Shown: positions 36,681-50,036 of the stretch, one piece after another
Numbering within the stretch: the stretch's first letter is position 1
Layout of the letters: each line of letters opens with the position of its first letter
Origin: Octopus sinensis
Lineage: Eukaryota
Reading direction: 5' to 3'
Assembly: GCF_006345805.1 (NCBI RefSeq)
Contig: NC_042998.1
Location: forward strand, 99,944,001-100,008,000
Length of the DNA stretch: 64,000 nt
Made by a program: the position numbers and the translations under genes
Notes under the pieces: generated by a model
Seen by the model: only the letters and a program-made list of their open reading frames with translations
The model's database searches: none
What the model was told of the DNA's origin: nothing

Positions 36681-36715
36681 ATGGAAGTTGATAATATGCT
36701 GGTTTTATATTTCAG

Positions 36716-36801
36716 AAATTCTCATTCATATTCAGATTTTTGGTCTTTTCTTGAGAAATACCTGTTATTTCAACAAAAGACAGCAAAACCTTCCAGAACA
36801 G
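36716..36801 (+). CDS. DHX34: DHX34 coding exon 2
   Basis: atttcag|A...G|gtttgt; DFWSFLEKY resembles recalled human KFWTFFERL; phases 2/1 fit. Confidence 0.8.
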
Positions 36802-37011
36802 GTTTGTGTATAAATTGTTTTCTGCTTAATATCCTCAAATTTTGACTATAAGCAGGTTTTACTGACACCAATCCATTTCACTATTTCCTTTATAAACAAA
36901 CAAATGTGGACAAAATAAAATCTCAAAAAGATTGATTTGTGTTTGGTTTTATATCTGTTAATATTTTTGTCAGCTGACCCCAGTCAACTCTGTGAAAAAG
37001 TTTAACCTAGT

Positions 37012-37264
37012 CAGTGTCACTTTAGCATTTGATCTACTTGGCCATTTACACTTTAGAATGTAGTCTAACCCTAACGCTAAATTCTAAACCTAGCTCTAAA
37101 AACTAATCCTAAACCTAAACATAACCCAAACTGCTAAACCTAACCCTAAACCTTAACCTTAAATCTTAACCCTAAATCCTAACCTTATTACTAACCCAGA
37201 TCAAGTAATTTCACAGTATAGTCTATGGATAATAATGGTAAACCACATGCTAAAAGTAACACTG
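37012..37264. mobile_element. Small TIR element with a degenerate (CCCTAA)n core
   Basis: TIRs cagtgtcactttagcat / atgctaaaagtaacactg; ~150 bp of ctaaccctaa-like repeats; TSD unclear. Confidence 0.55.
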
Positions 37265-39118
37265 CCTGGTCTATGGAGGTAGCTGATTATAAATTTAGTG
37301 ATAAGCCTTCATTATTTTGTGACACCACAGACATTTGGAGGACTGATTGCTTGTTTTGTGCTTCATAGAAGTAGACATTCTTGCATTTATTTCCTATCTT
37401 TCTTCAAGTAATACTGTTTGTTCATTGTGAAGCCACTTTGCCAAAATGATGATAGAATTCATTGAATGTTGCTGTAATCTGAGCACTGCTAACATGGTCC
37501 AGGGCCATTGGCTGACTCAAACACAGCTCTACAAACTAACAAAATACTGGTTAATAAAAGCACAGATATAATAAGAAGTCTGCTTCCAAACTACATGGTT
37601 CTATTTTCCGTTGCACCACATGGCACTTTGAGCAAGTGTCTTCTACTACAGCCCTAGGTTAACCAAAGCTTTGTGAATGGATTTGGTTGACAGAAAAAAA
37701 AACTGAAAGAAGCCTAGTATGTGTGTGTGCATGTGCACACATGTCTTTGTGTTTGTCATTCATCACTTGACAACTGGTGTTAGTTTGTTTACCTACTTGT
37801 AACTTTGCTGTTTGGCAAAACAGAGACCAACAGAACAAGTACCAGACAAAAAAAAAAAAAAACCTAAGTACTGGTATTGACTTGCTCAACTAAAACCTTC
37901 AAGGTGGTACCTTAGCATGGTGACAGTCCAGTGACCAAAACAAGTAAAAGATAAATGACAATTATATAATTCTGGTTCCTTTAGCAAAGAGCTGCATCTA
38001 TCCATAGTACTTGATTTAACTAGCTGAACTGAGCAAATAATAGTAATCATCAACAAAAATTAACAAAACACTAATTAATTGTATAGTGCGTTTGATCCTT
38101 TTCGCAAAGAGCTGCAGCTAAACATAGTATTTAATTTATGTAACTAGACTAAAGCAGAAATAATAATGTTATACAAGTGTAGGTATAGGATTGGATGAAC
38201 TGTAGTATATCAATGGTGCAATTTTGAGCCAATGACAATGCCTACTAGAATTATCAGGACCATTGAGAGAATATTTCAATATTGTTACTCACACTGCTAG
38301 AATTAGCAGCCGAATCTTCCTCATATTACACTCTATCATCTTAAAAAATGAAAGAATGGGCATCCAGCTGTAGAAACATTACCAGATAAGATTGGAGCCT
38401 GATGCAGCCACTGGCTCTCCAGACCTCAGTCAAACTGTTCAACTCATGGACAAACGGACAAGGTTGATAATGGTTGTAATGCCTTTGATCAAAGGTCTGC
38501 TTGATCAGGATTGATCTAAGGCTAAACAATAGTAACATATTAATTCAATGGTACAGGAGAGATGAAAGTCGATGCTTGTAGTATTTGATTAGAATAATGC
38601 ATGACTAACTAAAAACTAATCTGAATGCTAAATTAAAAAGTTTAACTACAACAACCACCCTGAAACCTATTGTTGATATATTTTAACTAGCACAAGGATG
38701 TACTTGACTGAATTAACCTCATTATATTACTGGTACTCTCTCAGAAAGAGGCAAAAATCATTCCTGATGATATTTAGTCTTAGAACATTGAAGAAGTATA
38801 TCGAATACTGTAGGATATTTAACATTGTTCTATCATTTCCACCAGCTACATGGGCAATCCACCTGCTAAGAATAGTTGCCAAATCTCCATCAAAACACTT
38901 TATTTTCTTAAATAAAATGGAAGGACACATAGGATAATTCAGTTTTAGGTATACAAAAAGAAAAGAATGGTCACAGGCTGGAATACTTTGTATCACTGCT
39001 CTGCTGTATCAGGACTGTCTTGGAGCACAGTCAACAATAAGAACAACACTATCACAACATCTCCATCACTACTATCCACTTAAACATGTTAACAATAATC
39101 CCAATTTGTGTTTTACAG

Positions 39119-39244
39119 AGAGACCACCTGAATCTGTTAGTGAACATTTAAAGATCCCATCTGTCTACAAGAAAAGCTACAAAATTAATTTGGATTTCAA
39201 CAACAGAAACTTAACAGATTTTCTTACCAAAAAACGATTACCAG
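39119..39244 (+). CDS. DHX34: DHX34 coding exon 3
   Basis: ttttacag|AG...G|gtaatt; IPSVYKKSYKINL resembles LPRTYDPRYRINL. Confidence 0.82.
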
Positions 39245-39853
39245 GTAATTAAAGCTATTTTTTCCTTTTTATTTTATTTATAAACAAATCACAGCAGTGT
39301 CTAATTATAAGCACAAAATGTCTAAATATCTGAGATGAAGTGTTATTAATAAAATTCTAATTTATCAAACTATCAATTTCCCCTTTCAGAGATGGGAAAA
39401 TGTTTTATATTTAAATATACATTTGATATCCTATTGTCATTCAGTGTCTTTTTTTTTAATTTTATTTTATTCCCGATGTATACAAAGTATCAGACTGACT
39501 TCCTCTCTAGGAACCTTTATTTCTAAACTAAGATAATAATGTTCTTTATCTACTACACTGTGATTACATAATCTTACAAAAAAGTTGCCTCCCTACCTCC
39601 TCTTACCATTAGCTGTAGTTCATGGCTGAAAATTGGGTCTTTGAATTTGTTTATGCTATCTTCCCTAATAGCTTCTATTAGAATTTTTTGAAGTACTATT
39701 ATATTTTGTGGGGTAAAATTGTTTTTCTTTCTGATAGATGATAAAAAGATATTGTATCAATCAAAGAATATAAAGGTTAATAATCCAAAAAAAAAAACTG
39801 CTCTAACAATAATATATTTTAAATATATGTGATTCACACTTTTTGGTTTTTAG

Positions 39854-39945
39854 ATGAAGATTTCAAAGAATCTTTTACAGAAGAACTTGTTCTGGAATTC
39901 AAAAATATTATACTTCATTACCTTGACTTTGTACAAAAACAAAAA
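39854..39945 (+). CDS. DHX34: DHX34 coding exon 4
   Basis: tttag|AT...AAA|gtaagt; EFKNIILHYLDFVQKQK matches EFRRALLHYLDFGQKQ. Confidence 0.9.
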
Positions 39946-41058
39946 GTAAGTCTTCACCAAGTCTTTATTATTTAGTTATTTGGCTTTCCCCACTTTTACA
40001 TAATAATTTGGTCATTTTAAGCATTTTATTTGGGGGCAAGTAAAAACTATTACAAATTTAGAGAATTAGATTTAATATGTTTCAGATTTTAGCACAAGGT
40101 CAGCAGTTTTGGGGAGGGGTTTAAGTCAATTACACTGGCCCCAGTGCTCAACTGTTACATATTTTATTGACCCCAAAAGGATGAAAGGCAAAGTTGACCA
40201 TAGCAGAATTTGAACTCAGAATGTAAAGATGTAATGCTGCTAAGGATTTTGCCCAGGGTGTTAATAATTCAGCCAGCTTGCCACTTTGATGGTTTAGATT
40301 AGATATTAACATGTGAGTGGCAGACAATGGTAAATATCCCTACTAATATAGGAAGAGTCATTAACAGCAAATTGGCAGGACGTTGCACACAATGCTTCAT
40401 GGTATTTGTTCTGAGTTCAAATTTTGCAAGGACAGCTTAGATTTTCATCCTTTAGAAGTTAATTAAAAAAGTACCAATTCAGGGCATTGGATTGGTGGAA
40501 ATGTAAGGTCATCAAACCAAATTTCTTGTAATATTTGTTGGAAGACTTTATGTTCTGAGTTCAAATCCTGTTGTGGTCTATTTTGGTGGTAGACTTAATC
40601 CATTGCCTAGTTTAACTCTATGACCTTTGTGTGTGTGTATGTGTATATATATATATATATACACACGACAAGCTTCTTTCAGTTTCTGTCTACCAAATCC
40701 ACTCACAAGGCTTTGGTCAGCCTGAAGCTATAGTAGAAGACACTTGAACAGGGTACCATGCAGTAGGACTGAACCCAGAACCGTGTGGTTGGGAAGCAAG
40801 CTTCTTATCACAGAGCCACACATTTAGTGTAAACCAATATCAAACCACCACCATCACCCCAAATTTAAATTCTTTATATAACAATTGATTGAAAATATAT
40901 CCCTTATTTAGAATCTACTATGTCTATATTTCTTAGCATCTACTATGATTTCCTATTATCATGTAAATTTTACTGTGCCATCTATAATCCTTTAAAAAAA
41001 TTCACTCTGAAGTTAAATATATTCCTCTTAAGTGTACTCCACTTCCTTGTGGTATTAG

Positions 41059-41196
41059 TTTTCTAGATTGAAGAAGTTACAACGAGACAAACAGAACTTA
41101 CCAATATGGAAGTACAAGCAGAACATAATTAACCAAGTCAGGGATAACCAGGTTGTGCTTGTTGCTGGGGACACAGGATGTGGAAAGTCTACTCAA
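41059..41196 (+). CDS. DHX34: DHX34 coding exon 5 (Walker A)
   Basis: FSRLKKLQ...VVLVAGDTGCGKSTQ; AG/GT boundaries, 46 codons. Confidence 0.95.
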
Positions 41197-42204
41197 GTGA
41201 GTTAAACAATTCTATAATATTTTACTTTTTGTTTCACATTGTCAGAGAGGAGGAGATGGTGTTGGTGGTGTTTTTGTTGTTGTTTAGTCTGAAGTCAACT
41301 CTGCTGTAGTCCACTTATGACCAATGCTACTCCAGCTGTCACCAACTTTCACTTGTTTCATAGTTAGGTAATATTTTTCCTTGACCAAACAGGTTTTCCA
41401 CAGAACTGGAATTAAGGGTCACTACTTTGCGACACAAGCATACGCATGCACACACACACACACACACACATACACATATTTTTTCAGTTTCCATCTTCCA
41501 AATCCACTCTCAAGGCTTTGGTTGGCCTGGGACTATAGTAGCTTTTTCAAGTCCTTCAAGACTTGCAGAAGGAAGAGAATAAATTTATCCTCAGTCAGAT
41601 TCTAGTCTGAATGCTTGCAACAGATTAGACTTTGCCAAAGGTAACCAAGGGCCATTAGGTGATGTTTAAACTGATATTAAATCTGTAGTGCCCTCTCTAC
41701 AAATCTATCACCCAAAAATAAGAATGGAACCTTCTGTAGATTTCCAAACTGTTTCCACCTACACAGTCTCACTCACAAGGATTTATTTGACCAGAGACTG
41801 TGGTAGAAGTCTCTTGCCCAAGATGCCATGCACTGGGGTTGAACTCCAAACCATGTAGTTGCAAAGTGAACCTTTTAACACACATCCATGCTCACACTCC
41901 AGTATTTGTCCTCAAAAGTTCAGATTTACAATAGAGCCTCTATGTAGTCACTCAATCTGCTAGAGATAGTAGCCAGATCCCCCTCAATTCTTATCTTAAC
42001 ATCTTAAAAAACAATATGTTGAGTTCCTTGCACACAGGGAAAAGGACAGGGTGGTCATAACTGAAACCATCAGTCTGCGCCATCAAAGTTGATCTGGACT
42101 AAACAACCACAATTACAACCTCAAGAACTTTAAATCAGTGGAATGTTCTCTTGACCACCCAGCCCTTGATGTACTCATATAGCATCTTATTCATTTCTTT
42201 GCAG

Positions 42205-42339
42205 GTACCCCAGTATTTGTTAGAAGCTGGCTATAAGAATATCGCCTGCACTCAACCCCGTAGAATTGCTTGTATTTCACTTTCAAAAAGGGTCAGTTAT
42301 GAAACTTTGAATGAAAATGGGTCTGAAGTTGCCTATCAG
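42205..42339 (+). CDS. DHX34: DHX34 coding exon 6 (motif Ia)
   Basis: [30 protein letters not shown]...AYQ; gcag|GTA, CAG|gtaagt. Confidence 0.95.
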
Positions 42340-42533
42340 GTAAGTTCCTCAAAAGCAGAAAATCACTATTTTACATAGATTATACATATACTAGATATTG
42401 TTAATCACTTTTTAACCTTCGTTTTAGTTTTGTATTTTTCTAATTTAATTATGTTTAATCTTTGATCTTAATGAAATTGCCTTTGCTTCTTTTTTTTTGC
42501 ATTTTTTAAATTTCTATTCCAAAATCTTTACAG

Positions 42534-42588
42534 ATTAGATTTGAAAAAACAAAAAGGCATGACACAAAAATTCTCTTTCTCACAGAAG
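42534..42588 (+). CDS. DHX34: DHX34 coding exon 7
   Basis: IRFEKTKRHDTKILFLTE(G); tacag|ATT, G|gtaagt. Confidence 0.92.
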
Positions 42589-43495
42589 GTAAGTTATGTA
42601 CATGAAAGACATGATTCTTTAGAAACAAAAAATTTCATATCATAATTTTTTTTAATAGAATATAATAATTTATTAATTTCTGCTATCCACTCTCCTTACA
42701 AGAGTAACTGTTGCCATGGATTAGAATGGATACCATACAACCCATTGATCATCCGTCCAGATCAGGTGACTTGTCCAGACTAATGTAACTCTTCCACACT
42801 AGATGTCCTGATCGTGCAATGAGGCATGAATGTATAGCCTGGATTTTAGTCCTATTAGTTTTTTTGCTTGCTGAAATATCTCATCTATTCACAACATGAC
42901 TCTTGACAATACCAGTTGTTCGCTTACTGAAATGGTTGATCCTGGCCATTGACAATTTGCTTTCTGTTCATCTACTCAGCATCTAGTAATATTTGCCATT
43001 GTTTTAATACATTCATCTACTGAAATAGTTAACATCCACCATGCTGCATCCCATGATTTTGACACACCCTGACTCAGGTGGTTACATACTATTTAATCCA
43101 TAGCTGAAACCCTGACAGGTTCTGCTACTCCACGTCAGAGTAGACCTGGGAATAATAATAGCCAAGAGATGGTTCCACACTCTTCAAAACCCTGGAACTC
43201 CCAAATCCACTACCTGATGCATTTTGAAGTTATACCCAGAACTAATTAGTCACTAATAATGGTATATTCTGAATCTAGTATATCTAGTAAAGATTGATCT
43301 GGTGTAATCCAGTCCTGTCATATTCTGAATATTTTTGCCTTCTCAGAATTGCCAAAGCATGGAATAAATTACCTGTGTTGGTTGCTAGCTGTCAGAACAT
43401 TGCATGCTTCAAAAATTCCAAATGCCTGCTTACTGTCTCCTTTTTTTAATCTTTGCCAACAAGTTTTAGTGCACCTGATTAACTTATATTTACAG

Positions 43496-43563
43496 GTCTT
43501 CTGTTGAGACAGATGTCATCTGATATCTACCTTTCTATGTATGATGTCATTTTGTTGGATGAG
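43496..43563 (+). CDS. DHX34: DHX34 coding exon 8
   Basis: (G)LLLRQMSSDIYLSMYDVILLDE; first half of the DEVH box; GAG|gtgagt. Confidence 0.93.
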
Positions 43564-43684
43564 GTGAGTCTTTATTTCTCTTCATTTAAAAATGTAGGTT
43601 TGCTCAGTCAATGTTGACCAAACAATAAAAGATTCAGGAGATCATAGTTTCCAAACTGAAAGGAAATGTACCCAGTTTTGACTG

Positions 43685-43917
43685 TAAAGCATCTCAACTG
43701 GGGTCCATATAAGATTTTGTTAAAATTTATCTGCAATAAATTCATCATACTTCTACAACGCATAAAATATCTAAACAATTTTTTAATACAATTCCTAATA
43801 ACATTTAATTATAAAAATATAATATGATTTTTTAAACAGTGAATGGTTTAAAGGATCCATCTGAGTAAAATAGCAATCAAAGGAGTCCATTGGTAACAAA
43901 ATGGTTGAGAAACACTA
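43685..43917. mobile_element. hAT/Charlie-like MITE, degenerate
   Basis: Right end aaaatggttgagaaacacta; left end resembles tctcaactggggtcc. Confidence 0.45.
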
Positions 43918-44811
43918 CTCTCAAGTAATAACTAAATTACAAATAACACAATGATAAGCTATAACATGTTATACAATAACTGGTTATCTATACTGTACAT
44001 AAAATCTGATGCCTTTGTATGCAGGTGTAATGGTTATAACTTAATCTGTCTCCAGAAAGTGGTCATTCAAATTTTGATATTTTCAATTAATTCAGAAGGA
44101 ATACAGAAATGTAAGGTTTATAGAGTTTAGGAAAAATACATTAAGCACAGATGTAGCTGTGAGGTAAAATGTTTGCCTCACAACCACATGGCTCCAGGTT
44201 CAGTGTCACCACAAAGCATCTTGGGTAAGTGTTCTCTACTATAGCTCTGGGCTGACCAAAGCCTTGTGAGTGGATTTTGTTGATAGAAACTGAAAGAAGC
44301 CTATTGTATGTATGTATGTAGATGATGATGATGAAAGTGTGTGTTACTGTCCCCTTGACATGACATGATAATTGTAATCAAGTGCCACCATCTTGCAAGC
44401 GGTGTCCCTATTTCCAATATTCTGTGAGAGCATGTCTGATCATGGGGAAATGTTATCTTACTTGGAGAGTTGATGATAGGAAGGGCATCCAGCCATAGAA
44501 AATCTACCTCAGCAAATTCATCCAACCCATGCAAGCATGGAAAAGTTGACATGAAAACGATGATGATGATGATGCCAACGGCAATGACGGCGATGACATT
44601 ACTGTATTTAACATCATTCTTCTCAGGTTCAAATCTGAAATTTTGCTGAAACTTTATTAATCTTTCATCCTACTGGGCCTAATAAACTAAGTATCTATAA
44701 TAAACTGGAGTTAATTCATTAAACCATTACACAAAAAAATTGGTCTTGTAGCAAATTTCAAGAAATTTTTTAAAATTTCTAATTTTAACCATTTTCTTCT
44801 CTTTCTTGCAG

Positions 44812-44961
44812 GTTCATGAACGCCATATTTTTACAGACTTTCTACTTGGTATGCTTAAATGTTTGCTGACTCAGCGCAAAGATCTTAAGGTTGTGCTTAT
44901 GTCAGCGACAATCAACATTGGGCTTTTCAGTTCATATTTTGACAATGCTCCTGTTGTCAAG
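44812..44961 (+). CDS. DHX34: DHX34 coding exon 9
   Basis: VHERH...LMSATIN...APVVK; completes DEVH and carries the SAT motif. Confidence 0.95.
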
Positions 44962-45500
44962 GTAATATTATATTATTTCTATGGTAACCTAATTTTGATT
45001 TCTTAGTTTTCATTTTTTAAATATTTTTTTGCATTTATTCCATGTCTGTTTTGGTAAGGTGTCTATGACTGGATGCTCTTCCTGATGCCAACCATTTTAC
45101 AGAGTGTATTGGGTGTTTTTTATGCGGCACCAGTTCAGGTGCTCTTTACATGGCACTAGTACAAGTGTTTTTTATGTTGCACTGGTGCAGGTGCTTTTCA
45201 CATGGTAGGTGCTTTTTACATGGTGCCAGCTCCCAGCGGGGTTGCCAAATTGTTTGCACTCCCTCTCTTAGTTGAGAGAGGAAGTGGGATTGAAGGAAGT
45301 GACTGCGTGCCAGTTGAGAGATTAGAGTATAATAGAGGGACAGAGATTGTTGTTTATGTATATATATATAAACAACTTCTTAGTTTGGACTGTTTCATTA
45401 TTGCCCTTAAGTTATTTAAATTATTGATGTTTTACAAATTTAAATGTATAAGTTAATATTTTGGGGTTTTATAAAAAGATTTTCTCGATTTCCTTACTAG

Positions 45501-45626
45501 GTACCAGGATGTCTGTTTCCAATTCAGTTGGAATATCACCCCATACCAATTGACACATTGGATAAACAGTCTTCCAAAATGGACTGTGCTCCGTACCTTC
45601 GTGTTATGCAAACCATTGACCACAAG
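45501..45626 (+). CDS. DHX34: DHX34 coding exon 10
   Basis: VPGCLFPIQLEY...PYLRVMQTIDHK; actag|GTA, AAG|gtagaa. Confidence 0.92.
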
Positions 45627-46079
45627 GTAGAATTGATATTATTTAGAAATTATTTTTGTATCTCTACTTAATGTTCTGGTGGTATCAGATACTAAACACA
45701 CATCAAAATTTAGAGAATTTAATTTATATCATTTCAAGCTCATATCAGTCAAAACTGGTTGTGTTTTCATGGGATTCCTCGTAGGTGGATCATTGTTTAC
45801 ATGGTGGATCTCCTTCTTTCTAAGTCATAGTCTTTGATTCATCATCAAAATGTATCTTCATTGTGTGTTTTCTATAAGTATTTCCATGATCATCATCAAT
45901 GCTCAGATGAACTTTCTGCTCTAATACCTCCTGTCAAGACCTTTAAACATGCTTCTTTTCCCAGGTGCATTGTTTCTCTGTTGAGCATAAGATCCTGTTA
46001 GTCATAAGTCCTTTGCCTCTCTGTAACTCATTCCCATCATCTTGTTCTAATAATCTTTACTCTGTATTCTGTGTCACAG

Positions 46080-46235
46080 TTTCCACATTCAGAGCGAGGA
46101 GATCTCCTAATCTTTCTCAGTGGCATGACTGAGATTATGAGTCTTGTTGATGTGGCTCAAGTTTATGCACAGCAAACTAAGTCTTGGATTATACTTCCTT
46201 TACACAGTGCACTTTCTATTGAACAACAAGACAAA
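46080..46235 (+). CDS. DHX34: DHX34 coding exon 11 (motif IV)
   Basis: FPHSERGDLLIFLSGMTEI...LPLHSALSIEQQDK. Confidence 0.95.
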
Positions 46236-48183
46236 GTAAGTTTGATGTTTTCATTTTCAGTTCAGCTCCACTTTGTTTCTTTCCAATTTCTACCATTTAC
46301 CAATCCAGCCTTTCTGTCTGTAACCATCCAGCATAGAGCATAGGGTGAGATATTTAAAAGGAATAGCTGCTGTACAAGCATTTTATTAACCTTTCATTAG
46401 TCACCTGACCTTTCCAAACATGGTTAGTCACATGGGATGTGTACACACCACAATACAAAAATGTTTATAGTTTTAGTATTATGTAAAATATACTCATTTT
46501 GTTTATTCAGGATATATCTGCAATCTCTGCTGAGAAGTTTGAAAGCCTTGTAGCTGATTGATATTAATATAAAACAATACAATAAAATAAATTATAAAAT
46601 TAAGGAAAAACAAAAATATCTTACATTCAGATTACATTTATTTTGAAAATACCCACAGAATACACCATTTTGTGGAATTTGTTAATATCTATGATGAACA
46701 TTAATGTTAAAAAAATAACATAACAGGCAATCTCCATTACAGTATGCATTAAATCAAAACTTGAACTAAAGATATAATTATTCATTGAAATAAAAATGAC
46801 TAAAAATTTGTTACATAAGCAGATGGTGTTTATTGTAGGTGAAACACATTGATTCAATAATAGAAACGGTTTTTTTTTTTCTCAAAAAAAAAAACTGAGC
46901 TATGACTGCACCACACCACCTGCAGCACAGTCTCACTGAATCAGAAGAGTAGAGGAAGGGAGCAAAAAAAATAATTTGCCAAGTAGAAATTACAAGCATT
47001 TAAAACAATTTAGAGTGACAACACACCCCATCTGACTAACGAAGGGTTAAATATAACCAGAGTCTGAGGAAACTGGTAGTGGCACAAGCAAAACTGATTT
47101 AATTTGAATAAATTTGTATGTCATAAGGAAACGTGAGTTCTAACTTTTCAAAATCTTTTTTATTAAATAATTTTTTTAATGATTAAAATAGCATCAAATA
47201 AGCAGTCATGCCTGTGTAGTTTAGAAATTTACTTCAAAACCATGTGGCTTGGTATTTGCACTCACTGCATGGACATTGCCAGCTGGTTGGCTCACTGTAT
47301 GTATGTATGTGTGTGTCTATGACTGACTGTGAATTACCCTTGTCTTGATATGTGTGCATTTATTTAAAATCTTTCACGAGAGCAGATCTGGGCTTTTGGT
47401 ATTCAATTTTTGCTTGGAAACAAGTGAGTGTTGGCAACAGAAAAAGCAAACAGCCTTAAAATAATCTGCTTCAATGAAGTCTTGTTTGACCTGTGCAAAC
47501 ATGGGAAAGTAGCAGTTAAAATGATGATTAATGACAGATGGAGGAAGTGTCAAGAAATTTTAGTAGAAGACCTGCAAAAGGTGTAAGAAGTGTGATGAAG
47601 TCTCATCTCAGAATGCTGAACCTAACAAAGTAGACAGCAAAGTGCTAAAGTGGAAAGATGCTGTACTGGAGTAATCTTGTTTCCAGCCTATGCTAATATA
47701 GAAAATTAGATGTAAAATAATTATGTTGATGAAAATTTTGTGTATGGTTTTGTGATTGAATATGTATGTATAACTGTATTGTTCATGGATGCAAGCATGG
47801 CTGAATGGTTTAAAAGTTCATTTGGCAGTCATGAGGTTCCAGGTTCACCTCTACTATGTAGTACCTCGGACAAGTGTCTTTCACCGCAGCCTCAGGATAG
47901 AAACCTGTTAGAGGGATTGTACATGTACAGGCTGTTTGGGCTAAATGGGACAGTTTGCATAAAAGGAAAAGAAATGCAATATCCCATCCAGGAATTTTTT
48001 ATAGCTGGATGCCCTTCCTGTCACCAACCCTTTCCAGTTTACTCATAGCCTGAAATACTTTCACAAAAGACTGGAAACATTGAACACCACTTGTATATCT
48101 TACCTACACATTTCAATATTAACTTCTTTGTTATATCATTTCAAAATTTAATGTTTTATTTCTTTCTTTTTTCTTTACACCAG

Positions 48184-48291
48184 GTTTTTGACATTGCTCC
48201 TGATGGTGTACGCAAATGCATTGTGTCCACTAACATATCTGAGACTTCCGTGACAATAGATGGTGTTCGGTTCATTATTGATTCAGGAAAA
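48184..48291 (+). CDS. DHX34: DHX34 coding exon 12 (motif V)
   Basis: [36 protein letters not shown]. Confidence 0.95.
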
Positions 48292-48600
48292 GTAAGGGAT
48301 TTCTTTTTTTGTTTTGTTGTTATTTTTGGTTTTGTAATGCTGGTATCATTGATGGTTGTGTGGGAAAATTGAACTGCTGGTGATCCTGTCAATTTTAGGA
48401 TCTTTCTGAGAGTAGAAACGAGAACTTATACAGGTAGACAGATAAACAGGTGTGTGTGTGTCTCTCTTTCTCTCTCTCTCATTGAGCTTGGTTCAGTCTT
48501 TGGCACACCAGCTACTGTCAAATCATCCAACCCATACCAGCATGGAAGGTTGATGTTAAATGATGATGATAATGATGATGAAATAAAATATCCCCTATGG

Positions 48601-48900
48601 CAGTACTACTCAAAGTGGTGGTCCACGGATCGGTGCCGGTCTGTGAGCCATCAGCTGCTGGTACACAGCGAGTTTCCAGAAAAGAAAGAAACATTATAAA
48701 ATGCTTATAAAATGCTTATGTAATATTGTATTATTTGTTTACAAAAAAATATAAAATAAAAAAAATTGTCAACTTTTATTATATTCATTATATATATTGT
48801 CTCTGGTTTAAATTAATATTACTAAGAAATATTGCCGGTCCCTGGTACACTGGAAAAAAAAATTGCCGGTATGCTACAGCAGATAGTTTGAGAAGCATTG
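48601..48900. mobile_element. hAT/Charlie-like MITE
   Basis: Termini cagtactactcaaa / tttgagaagcattg; degenerate 8-bp flanks ccctatgg / cttgatgg. Confidence 0.55.
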
Positions 48901-49079
48901 CTTGATGGTATTGTATTCAAGTTGTGCAGAGACACCCTTGTCAATCTCACCATGAGAATGGCAATAAACCAGTGACTGGTTTATTGGCTGTAAATTTGCA
49001 ACCAACCACGTTATTGTTTACCAAATGTAATATAAATCAAATGTTTTCAAAATTATATCTCCTATTCTTTATGTTTTAG

Positions 49080-49176
49080 GTGAAAGAAATGCATTATGAC
49101 AACAAGTTTAAAATGAAACGACTAAAGGAATTCTGGATTAGCCGTGCCAGTGCTGAGCAGAGGAAAGGAAGAGCAG
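49080..49176 (+). CDS. DHX34: DHX34 coding exon 13 (motif VI)
   Basis: [32 protein letters not shown](G); donor G|gtctgg. Confidence 0.92.
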
Positions 49177-50036
49177 GTCTGGTGCATGTTTATACTTGTG
49201 ACATTGCGATTGTATATTTTTCATCAACTTTTCAATAATAATATCATTTCATTATCATTTATCTTTCCATGTTAATATGTCAACAAGTTATGGTCATTTT
49301 CTTTTTAGTGTGAGAAATCTCTATCATTATTTTAGTTGTAGTTAAGGCAGTGAGCTTACAGAATCATTAGCACACCAGGCAAAATGCTTAGTGGCATTTC
49401 GTTCTGAGTTAAAATTCTGTCAAGGTTGACTTAGCCTTTCACCCTTTCAGGGTCAATGAAACACTAGGGTTGATGTAATCAACTAGCCCCATTCCCCTAA
49501 AAATTTCAGGCCTTGTGCCTATTGTAGAAAGGATTATTTGAGTTGTTGTTTAGCCCCAAGCCAGTTCTGATCAAATACATAGTTTCAGATCCAGTGCCAC
49601 TGCATGGCACCTTGAGCAACTTTTTCGGTTATAGCCTCAGATTGACCAAAGCCTGTGAATGGAATTTAATTGACAGAAACTATATGGAAGCTCATTCAAA
49701 ATCCTGAATGGTAGCCTTAATCTTTAGTCCAGATTAACACCACCATCTGGCCTTTGAGTACTTTCATTAAGTCCATTCTGTTGTAAACAGAAATGGGGCT
49801 TTATAATCTTTTCCTAACTATTCTTTAAAATTCTTTTAAATTGTCAACAGAAAGGGGGAAAGCCTAAATTATGAATGTTGTCTTCAAGTTAAACTCTTCA
49901 CAAATTGTTAGAGGGCATAGACAAAAGTAAATGACCAAAGGCAATTTATAAAGGCAGAATATTGACAGAATGCTTTACAGTGTTTGCTCCAAATTCCACC
50001 ATGGTTAATGTTATCTTACGTTCTGTTTATAAACAA

